Assembly (NCBI RefSeq): GCF_009914755.1
Contig: NC_060930.1
DNA: 64,000 bases
Direction: 5' to 3' (one strand)
Source of the DNA: the human T2T-CHM13v2.0 reference genome, Homo sapiens
Below, one piece after another: positions 26,587-37,381 of this stretch. Numbering within the stretch: the stretch's first letter is position 1; every line of letters begins with the position of its first letter. The notes under the pieces were generated by a model that saw only the letters and a program-made list of their open reading frames with translations, was not told the DNA's origin and did no database searches. Made by a program: the position numbers and the translations under genes.

Positions 26587-29500
26587 CTTGTTATTTAAGA
26601 AAAGCAAAACAAAACAAAAAGCAAAAAACGTCAAACTGATTTTGAGCAGTCTTGTTCTCCCACAGGTATATATCCTACAGTGAGCACTGAAATATCACTT
26701 CCAGTTCTTGAAACTCGGGCTGTCATTCATTTCCCCCAGCTTCTTTAAAAATAAGCCTTTAAGAAGCTTCGAGTAACTTTGAAGATCCCAGAAAAGAAGG
26801 GCCCCTCTGTGGTATCCTGTGTTAAATTGAAAGTGTCTATATTAGAGAATTCATAATGAAGGGAAATTGTTTGAACACATCCTTTTGTAGACTGTTGAAT
26901 TTAATTAGGTTTCATCTTGTTCTGATTGCTGATTTGGGCTAATTGGCTAACTTTGTACTATTTGGTTCTTTTGCAGATTTATTTAACTTCTACCCTCCTT
27001 GGGTTGTTTCTGAATGCTCAGAAGTCTTCAAGTGAAGGAGTCAAAATACCGGAAGAATGGTATTTTTCCTCCTAGTGACCACCAGCAAGCCAGTGTTTGA
27101 CTCAGTCAAAACAGGTCACAATGGAGTGTGTCTTCAAGATGGTATTGATACATTTAGGAATGGAAAGAGAAGGCAGTCCTAATGACCGGAGCACTGGACG
27201 AAGAGTCCTATAATCCTGCTATATTATATTTGCCATGAGTGCACTCCTGACTGACCTTTGACAAGTAGCTTTGGTACAAGCTCCTAGGGTTCCTTCTTGG
27301 TGCACAGACAGCAAAGCCCAAGACATCAAGGTCAGGGAATCTGGGAATTGTTCAGTTCCTAGGTGTTTGTGAATGAAATGCATTGATCTGTTTTGAGAAA
27401 CATGCTACTCTAGACTGAGAAACCTTAGCATCACACAGACTTATGTCCTGGACAGCCTGTGGAGTGGTGTGGCCCCTGTTATATCACAGGGCATGGGAGG
27501 AAGGAGCAGTAATACGCCCTTGGAAAACAGCCTGGTGTCAGCTAGAACTGACATCTTGGCTTTTGTCCCAGTCTGTTTTATGGAAGCCATCCAAACTTGA
27601 TAACATCCCTCTGAGTTAGATGAGAAAAACTATCTGTAAATCTCCAATGTACAAATGATGCCCAGACATAGGCAGGGTGAATAGTAAGTGAGAGTCAGAG
27701 GAAAGATTCCAGATACTTTAACACTTTCATTCTCAGGCTGTAGGCAGCATTCCCCATAGTGTCTAAAAGAAGCCTCATATCATTCCACAAATGCTGTATC
27801 TTTTAAACATTTTAAACGTTTGAAATGTCTTCATCTATGCCATCCCATAATAGGAAGATTAGTGGGCCTTAACACATTCCAATAATCCTACTTTCACTTG
27901 GCACTTTGTGTAGAATTTGCAAATTGCTTTCGCTGTAAACAGTAGCTGTAGAATACTTCACACTGAGAAGATTAAATGAGGCCCTTATCCTAAAATAAGC
28001 TTTTCAACTAGGTTAAAATGACTAAAAATTTCATCTTATGAGATGTTATTTGGATATCAAAAATATCTCCAACGAAACACTGCCCATTGAAATTCTCTTG
28101 TGCTCCTACAATGCACCAGGGTGTGGATGTGGGGGACGTATGTTTAGGGGGGTAAGCACATCATGTCTGTGAATAGGGCTTCTAGATTCCCCTGAGTTAT
28201 AGATAGCCTCATAAATGTGCTTCAGGGGTTAACAACCCCGGCGTCGGGGGCAGAATCAGCAGTAGAAAGGGAGGACTGACAGTCTCTGAGTTGGAACACA
28301 CTGGGTCTACACACCATCCACCTTGCCCATCCCAAGTACAAAAAGGAATGTTGAGATTTCCACATTCAGAAGAGCCAATCCCAGAGACCTCTAGCTGAAA
28401 GAGAATGGAAAGCCTCTAGCCAGGCAGCAGAGTACGGGTGAATGTGGACTGACCCGGTTACTAAGGCTCAGCAGAGGCACAGGCAGTCTTTTAGGGTAAA
28501 ATGCACCCTCAGGGGCACTTCTTCCGTGGAGAATGTGTTTCTGTCCACCAGCTGAGGGACCACGGGAGAAGTCTTAGGCACAGGCAGTGGCAGCGGCAGA
28601 ACTGCCACCCCCTTCCAGAAGTAGGGGGCTGAGAAGACAGGAGCATTAAGGGTGAGGAGGGAGATTGGAGGCGTTGTTGACTCGTGGAAGGGCAAATCCC
28701 AAAGCGTTGTCTGTGGGCCCTACATGGGACCCAGAGTCACCAAGGCAGGTGTGACTTCCTAGGCCATGCCACTCTGCAGCTATGCGCTTGCTCTTCCAGG
28801 TCCGCGCAGAGTCGGAGGCCACCTCCGGGACAGGACCCTCCATGCTCAGCGGTGGCAATGGTGGGAGAATGAGGGGTGGAAGAGGGTATTCTGTGGTGCG
28901 GGAACAGAGGAGTTGCTGCTGGCAAGCCAAAAAGGGCATTAGCAACATTGCTGGCCACATTCTTGCTGGTGTTGAGGAAGGTTTAATTCCTAAAATGGAA
29001 GACTTGTTCTTCAGGGGCTTGCAAACCAGAGTAAAGGTCTGATTGATAGTCTAAAGACTGGCGTCCTGGATCTGACTCTGCTGTTTATTCATCATGGGAC
29101 CTTGAGGGCATCACTTAACCCTCAGAACACCTTTTTCCTCTTTATGAAATGGGGACAGCAGCACCTTCTCTACATGACAGGACTGTTGTGGGGGTCAAGT
29201 TGATCATGTATATGAATGTGCTTTGAAAATTGTAAAATGGAAAAAAAGGCAATCAGTTTTTGAAATAATTAAAGGGACAAGCTAGTTCACAGACAGCAAT
29301 TGATGTATTAGTCCAGGGCCATTTATTAATATTTAAAGGATTGAAAAGCATTATATTTGAGGGTGAACACATCAGGGGCTATGCTAGCTTCCTGAAGAAG
29401 AGATGAACCATATCAGGCAGGTATTGAATACCAGAACAGTGTTTTACGGGATGTCTGAGGAAAATGGGGTCCTAGAGGTCAAATGGGGAAACTGAGGCTC

Positions 29501-29994
29501 AGAGGACCTGAAGGGCTCACTCTGATAACTGGTGTCAGAGCTGCTTCTGGACCCCACACTAGACTGCCCATGCCACACATTGTCCCTGCCCGAACAGTGG
29601 GTTTCCTAGTTGACGGTTTTGGTTAAGCAGAAGTGAAATCTTGGTGTCAAAAATATATATCCTGAGTAATCTCACATAAATTGGATGGCAGAACAGGTAC
29701 TGAATGAAACATAGATCTACTGTCATCCTGCATTCATTAGGATTCCTGAATTTTATAAACATGCCAAGACTCACTAACAGAGTCAGAGAGGAAAAATAAA
29801 TATAATACTTCACCATCTATGTAGCTTATTTTCAGTGTTACTGAAAAAGCGTTTGCCACAGTCAATGTGCTTTTCACACATTATACGAGTCCTGTAGTCA
29901 CCGCACGCCGGCTCCTTCATCTAAAGGACTTTCTAAGATTATTTTGGGACTCTCAGAGATAAAATCCTTGCAGAGGAGCGCAGTATGGACTTAC

Positions 29995-30176
29995 CCCGTC
30001 CCATGGATGGCCAGGCTGAGAAAGAAGACGATGAAAACATGGTGTGTGTACCAGAACAACTCATAGGAGGCCTGTCTGATGAACTCAGTTGACGAGGTCA
30101 TGATCAAGACTAAAGCCAGAGAGATCACCAGACCGGTGACGCCTGCTATTGTCCTTAGCAATTCAGTGGTTGTGTT
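29995..30176 (-). CDS. NOX3: NOX3 exon 6 (NTTTELLRT...FWYTHH...AIHGT; heme His207/His220)
   Basis: Acceptor TTTTTAG, donor GTAAGT; 182 nt; FWYTHH motif. Confidence 0.97.
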
Positions 30177-30532
30177 CTAAAAAAAACAACAACAACAAAA
30201 AAAGAAACAAACAAAAAAAAACACCTTGACATTAAATATCCTGGCATATTTTTTTTTTTCATTTTTAGGACCAGTACTTGAGATTTCAAGCAGGGAGCCG
30301 TTCACAATGTTTCACTCAGAAGCACGTTAGCCTCAGCGAGGATGCAGGTGCAACTCAAGAAGCGAGCTTACTCTTCCACCCCCTTCCCACCAGCTTACGG
30401 TGGTTACTTGCTTTGCTAAAATTTCGTAAAATACCATTTCATCAATCACATTTTTTTATTTTTGTATATATCATTTCACATCAAAGTTATTATACTGGAA
30501 AAAAACCCCACATAAATAAATTTTAAAAAAAA

Positions 30533-30735
30533 AGCTGGGCATGGTGGTTTGAGCCTATAGTCTCAGCTACTCAGTAGGCTGAGATGGGAGGATCACTTGA
30601 TCCCAGGAGTGTGAGGCTGCAATGAGCCGTGATGCTGCCTCTGCATTCCAGCCTGGGAGACAGAGTGAGACCCTGTGTCTAAAACAACAACAACAATAAC
30701 AAAATGGGAAAAAAGAAAAAACAAAAAAAAAAAAA
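30533..30735 (+). mobile_element. Alu monomer (FRAM / 5'-truncated AluJ)
   Basis: Right-arm consensus and A-rich tail. Confidence 0.88.
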
Positions 30736-32024
30736 CCAAAGTGATTATGTTGAATTGAAATTAGGGCAGCATGAAAAGAGCATTTTAAGATAAAATATTG
30801 CAAAATAAATCTGAGTTTTAAGTTTTTAATCTTCAAAATAACTATGTGGATCACCATGCTTAATTGCATTTTAACATTAATAAACACATTTTTTTGAGAG
30901 GTCCCTTGGGGCGTTCCTAATAAAGCAGCTGCACACTCAGTTCCCTTGGTAGTTGTTCCTTGCTCTTGCTTTTTAATTGGAAAGACCATGACTTGCATTT
31001 CTTTCACGCCATCTCCGGGGGCCTGGAATAAGGCTTGGTAAATCCTAGGTGATCAATAAAGGTACAGCTATTCTTATCTGGTGGACACTGCTAAACGGCC
31101 AGAATTCTGACCTGTGAGTGCAAGGGACAGTAAAATAGCCTTTTAGAATAGCATCACACAGCAGTTTATTTTCATTGTGAGTTTCCCATGTTCTTGCCAA
31201 GTCATTAGTATTCATACATTGTGTTACTATCGTTGAGACGGCCATGAGCTCAATAAACTCACTATATCTTTTGTCAGTAAAATCTCATTAATTTGGGCGG
31301 CTTTGAGATCTGGAGGTAATTCAGACAGGGACTTCTTCATTGTTTATTTTTTCTTCATAGAGCAAAGAGTGGAAATAAAATTGAAAGGGGTATGTCTCAA
31401 ACATTTAAAATATTTTCTTCTCAAGTACCTTCAGGCATTTTAGAAATCCATTTACATCATATGATATGCTAATTTCACATCATTCTTCCTTGCCTATTAA
31501 GGCAAATCGCCATGTCTCTTTCTTGCAACACATTTATAGACTGGTTACAGTTGCAATGTATCCTCCAAAACAATCCCACTGCATCTCTAAAAATGCTCTA
31601 TAATGTACACTCTGTGTTATTGATACTCATCTCTCTCCAAATACCCTAAATTAGAGGGTTTCCTGAGCTTAATTAGTACTTACATAGTATATTGCTTCTA
31701 AAATTTTGAAATTACTGCATTGGTAGTAGCTTTATTATTTTTCTAGTAAGATATATAATCACATTGCTTGAAAAGTATTTTTAATAAATACTATTTATTA
31801 TATAGACTATGCAAAATGTTGAGATTTATTCTTGAGTGTGTGTAGCAATGGATTTTCCAGCGTCTTAGTGGGGAAAAACAGCAACCTCAGTAGGTGCCTA
31901 GACAAATGCTGTGATTCAATGGACGGACACAAAGGCATCCCCACTCATAAGGGCAGCTGTAGTTCTGATTCGGAAGTGTGAAATTTTTGCTTCCAATAGC
32001 TGTCAGCTAAGAAAAGGTAGCTCA

Positions 32025-32350
<326 letters not shown>

Positions 32351-33314
32351 TCAACTAAACCTGATCAATGGCCTGATATTGAAAATTATCTTAGGCTAAT
32401 TAGGGGACATGACATGGAACAAGTGTCCCAAAACCAGATTTTGAGTTTTTGTTCTTTAAATAAGGCTGCATGGGGAAATGGTCACTTAAAGAGATGGCCT
32501 GGATAAGAATGGAGGGATTTTCATTGCTGAAGTGTATTGCCTTACGGCTTTTCTTGGGCAATAAAGATATTTTTAGTCTGGTCAACGTGCTGCACACATA
32601 TGCCAATATGGTGGTATGTGGAAAAAAACTGAGATCAACCACAAAGAAAGAGGTAGGGGTGAATTAAGGGAGACGACCGTCTTCATCTCGGAACATAGAT
32701 TGCTGTGGCTACATTTTTGGTTTTCTTTTTGTTCCCCATAGCTGCTGACAGTCTGTGCACACAGGTAATTAGCATTAATGATGTCACTGGCCATGCAGGT
32801 CTCATTATGAAATTAGCTGCTTTGCCCAGTATCTGATTTGGCAAAGCAGCTATTCACATATGTGCCAATGTATGAGGCATTCGGAGAACAGATCCGGAAA
32901 ACAATCTGCAGATTGAAAATGAAGACATCCAATTTATAATCTCTGTGTTTAGCTGGCACTTCACCTTCTTTATGAGTCTAACATCAGTGAAAAAATATCT
33001 AATCCTGAACTGCTTTTAAAATGTTAAATTTTAAAATATTAGGAATTTAACAGGTTACTGCGTTTCTAGTGTGTGTGTGTATATATATATAAATTAATTA
33101 GGTGACATATCTTTTTCTCCTTGCTCATAACTTCCCAGCAACATTAATGAGAAAAAAATAACTTTTTAGAAAATGTGAAATTGAAAACAAATTCACATAT
33201 AAATTCATTCTCCAGCTCTTTTATTAAAAGCTTTTCAATATAGCGTTCCTGATTAGAGGACTGGAAAAGGACGGATTTTTCAGGGGAGAAGCTTGTTAGC
33301 ATGCAGGAACTCAC

Positions 33315-33460
33315 TGTGGGGAAGGTCCGGACAGGGTTGAGGTAGCTCTCGTTAGGGGTGTTGCCCAGCTTGGAAAGTGCGGCCAGAAGTCCCTGGGCCT
33401 CCTCGGACTGGCTCCAGTGGTAGCGTTCCAGGTTGAAGAAATGCGCCACGATGTGGATGG
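33315..33460 (-). CDS. NOX3: NOX3 exon 5 (IHIVAHFFN...NPVRTFPT; heme His116)
   Basis: Acceptor CCTAG, donor GTGAGT; 146 nt. Confidence 0.97.
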
Positions 33461-33641
33461 CTAGGACAAGGAGATGACACCAAACATGCACCCTGTGGCT
33501 TGCTTTCTCCCTAGTTACTAAAAAATACAGTGTCTCTGTGCTCAAGTTTCTCTGTTCTGGTTTTTGTAATCTCCAAGGAAAAGTGATGTATTTACACATC
33601 TTTCCCAGTGCTTTGAGTGGAGTGGATTGAATACTTCCAAA

Positions 33642-34106
33642 GATACTGTACAAAAATCTCCACATTTATTTAAGTTATATTAATAAATAAAGTAAATCTC
33701 AGTTCATCATAAAGTGTATAGTTATCATGGAAGTGGAATAAATGTTATGATATCTCAGCATAATTATATATGAAATAATTCTAAAAGAAATAATGATATA
33801 TAACTTCTTAAGAAATTGGAAAGCATTATTCTAGAGTACTGTACATTATACATGCTGATATGTATGTATATGATACTGTACAAAAATCTCCACATTTATT
33901 TAAGTTATATTAATAAATAAAGTAAATCTCAGTTCATCATAATTTAAAGTGTATAGTTATCATGGAAGTGGAATAAATGTTATGATATCTCAGCATAATT
34001 ATATATGAAATAATTCTAAAAGAAACAAGTATATATAACTTCTTAAGAAATCGGAAAGCATTATTCTAGAATACTGTACATTATACATGCTGATATGTAT
34101 GTATAT
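33642..34106 (+). repeat. Tandem duplication, 230-bp and 235-bp units
   Basis: 33642-33871 vs 33872-34106: about 5 substitutions and one 5-bp indel. Confidence 0.97.
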
Positions 34107-34196
34107 GATGTAAATGATAGATACCAGGAGAGATATTGTTTTTGTTCTCTTTCAGCCACTCTATTTTCTGTTTATTCCTTTCCACATTTTAGTATA

Positions 34197-34892
34197 CAGT
34201 AGTCCCCCCAGTCTAAAGTTTCACTTTCTCCAGTTTCAGTTACCTGAGGTCAACCACAATCAGAAAATATTGAATGGAAAATTCCAGGAATAAGCAATTT
34301 GTGTTTTACACTGCATGCCATTCTGAGTAGCATGATGAAATCTCATGCCATCCCGCTCTGTCCCACCTGGGATGTGAATAATCCCTTTGTCCAGCATATC
34401 CAGTAGCCCTCTTGGTTATCAGATCAACTGTCACGGTATCCCAGTGTTTGTGTGCGAGTCATCCTTATTTTACTTAAAAATGGCCTCAAAGCGGAAAAGT
34501 AGTGATGCTGGCAATTCGGCTACACCAAAGGGAAGCCATCAGGTGCTTCCTTTAAGTGAAAAGGTGAAAGTTCTCTACTTAATAAGGAAAGGAAAAAAAC
34601 TGTATGTGGAAGTTGCTAAGATCTACGGTAAGAACAAATCTTCTATCTGAAATTGTGAAGAAGAAAAAAGACATTTGTGCTAGTTTCGCTGTCACACCTC
34701 AAACTGCAAAAGTTACAGCCACAATGCATGATAAGTGCTTATTTATGATGAAAAAAGCATTACATTTGTGGGTGGAAGACATGAAAAGGAACATGTTCTG
34801 ATGGATGGCAGTCGGGGTCAGTACTATCCCCTGTTTCAGGCATCTGCTGTGGGTCTTGGAATGTATACCCCGCAGACAAGGAGGGACTACTC
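34197..34892 (+). mobile_element. MER44-type (Tigger7-derived) DNA transposon with transposase N-terminal relic
   Basis: TIRs cagtagtccc/gggactact, TA flanks; broken ORF MASKRKSS...LSEKVKVL...VAKIYGKNKSSI is pogo/CENP-B HTH-like. Confidence 0.88.
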
Positions 34893-35902
34893 TATATGTA
34901 TATATACCCCTGCACATACACATTCACACATAAATTTGCATGTGTTATTTCTGGTGGATTGAAATAAGCCATTATTTATGGAACTAAATGTACCTTCTGT
35001 ATATTCTTAAGAAGTAAATGGAGCTTTCTAATTCTGGGACTTGGTGGTGTCTAAATTCTAAATGAAGAGAACAAGCTTAAGAACCCAGCATCGTCTGGCC
35101 TGAGGATTCTGTGTCTGATGCTGCTCTTTCCAAATCTGTTGGGAAGCCAGCAGTCACAGCTAGACAACAACATACCGATGCTTTTCCTGCAAATGAAACT
35201 CCCGCTGGGTGGCCAGTTGATAACTGCCATTGGGATCAGATTCGTGTGTGAAATGAGAATTCATTGCCCAGGGTATAGATAATTTCCCAGTTGATATCTT
35301 CTTTTCTTCTGCACCCACAGTGAGAAGTAGCAGGGCCTATGACTATCATAAAGTCTATACAGGTTGTGAGTGAGTTACGGGATCCTCCGTGGTTGTACAT
35401 TGTGGGTTGAGGTGTGGAAGAAGATGTGATGGGGAAAAAGAAACAGCAAGAACTTCTGAGAATATTCGTGTCATTTTGGTCCCTGTGGTCCTAGGAGCAG
35501 ATTTATTTAGAAATGCTATCTTCTATGCAACCTCTTTTCTTTGTCACCTGAGTTCCTGCTATCACTCCCTTTTCTGATTTGCAAAATTTTCTACGCATGC
35601 CTTACAACTCACTTCAAAAGTTGACTTCTATCACACATTCTTCAATTTCACCAGCACAAATGATAGTATGACCATAGCATTTCTCAGATATTACTGTTGC
35701 AGTATCTATTTATCCCTGCACCCCTGATGAACTTTGACTTCTCAAGGATGGACTTTATTCATCCTTGAAACCTCAGCACCAGTTTGTATTTGACAATTAT
35801 TTGCTTAGTGACAATGAGATTAAAGAAAGGTAGAAGGGGTAATGAAAGGGTCGGAAAATCAATCTATAAATACAACCTTGTTGGAGTAGTGTTTTCTCTG
35901 CT

Positions 35903-36055
35903 GACATATACATATATATATATATGCTATATATATATATTATATATATGCTATAGATATATAATATATATGCTATAGATATATAATATATATATGCTAT
36001 ATATATATAATATATATATGCTATATATATATATATATATAAAATATATATATAT
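35903..36055. repeat. Complex (TA)n / ~22-bp AT-rich minisatellite
   Basis: Five units of GCTATA(G/T)ATATA...TATATAT. Confidence 0.95.
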
Positions 36056-37094
36056 TGCACATTTTTCTTTAGCCTTTAAGTTGAAAATCAAGTCAAATAT
36101 ACTTCAGGTTGAGGCTCACCCAAGAAGGCAAAGCACTCGATAGTGTTTCCGCATCGTGATGTTTACTGCTTCCTTATGGCTTCAGAGAGGTTAGCACCCA
36201 CGAAGTACTATGTTTCCTCCCTAGGTGCTTTGTCAAAATATACAGCCATGTCTATGAAGGTGCTGCCTTGTTTAGCCTCAGCATCCACAAAGCTGGAAAG
36301 GCTTATCTAGCAGGAGTCTTTTCCAATATGCTACATGCAAAATGGAAACTATTTGCTAAATTGAACACAAACATTGTCCAGTATTCCTAATTGCTGTTTT
36401 CTGATAATTATCTCGACGTCTTTAAAAAGCAGGTAGTACGTCTCATAGCAAACATATTGAATATTTACTATACAACAGACACTGTTGTAAATGCTGTAGG
36501 CATATTACCTGATTTAACCCTCCTCAGGTATCAGCCTTCTTCTCATTCGACAGACCAGTATTCAAAGAGTTAAGGAATTTGCTGTTGATTCGTGATGAAA
36601 GTGGTTTAGTGATTTGCGTGACTCGGTGCCCCATCTTTTGACCATCAAGCTGTATTGCTTCGTTTGACTAATGAGCAATTATCATACCTGATTTTTAATT
36701 GAAAACTAGTTTTTTCTATGGGCTTAGATAAAACTCTGAATGGTTTACCTGGTGTCTTTAATCTAGAGTCCAACCGTTTCTAAGGCTTCTGGCTGATCAC
36801 AACATTTGGAGTCCTCATTGTAGGTTGGTGTAAATGCTCCTTTTATATTCTGCCCCTTGACCCTTACTCCTCTCCTCCTAGCTTTCTTTAATTCTCTCTC
36901 CATAGACTAGGGCACTCCAGACAGGGAGTGAAGCTGTTCCCAATTTACAGAAATAGAAACTGAGCTTCGGACCAAGTTAACTGATGTGTTTACCATTGCA
37001 TAATCCATATATGATAGTCAGAAAGAGAAGGCAGGATACGTTTTTTATATTTTATAACTTCTTTTTTGCAGGATAAGTTTTTATATTTTATAAC

Positions 37095-37381
37095 TTTTTT
37101 TTTTTTTTTGAGACAGAGTCTCCCTCTGTCACCCAGGCCAGAGTGCAATGGCGCGATCTCAGCTAACTGCAAACTCTGCCTCTCGGGTTCAAGCAATTCT
37201 TCTGCCTCAGCCTCTAAGTAGCTGGGATTACAGGCACGCGCCACCATGCCCAGCTAATTTTTAGTAGAGATGGGGTTTCATCATGCTGCCCAGGCTGGTC
37301 TCAAACTCCTGAGCTCAGGCAATCTGCCCTCCTTGGCCTCCCAAAGTGCTGGGATTACAGGCGTGAGCCACCACGCCTGGC
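37095..37381 (-). mobile_element. Alu (AluS-like)
   Basis: Alu consensus; TSD tttatattttataac. Confidence 0.96.

Noticed and set aside
33144-33665. 173-aa ORF
   Set aside because: Exon 5 plus chance open intronic flanks
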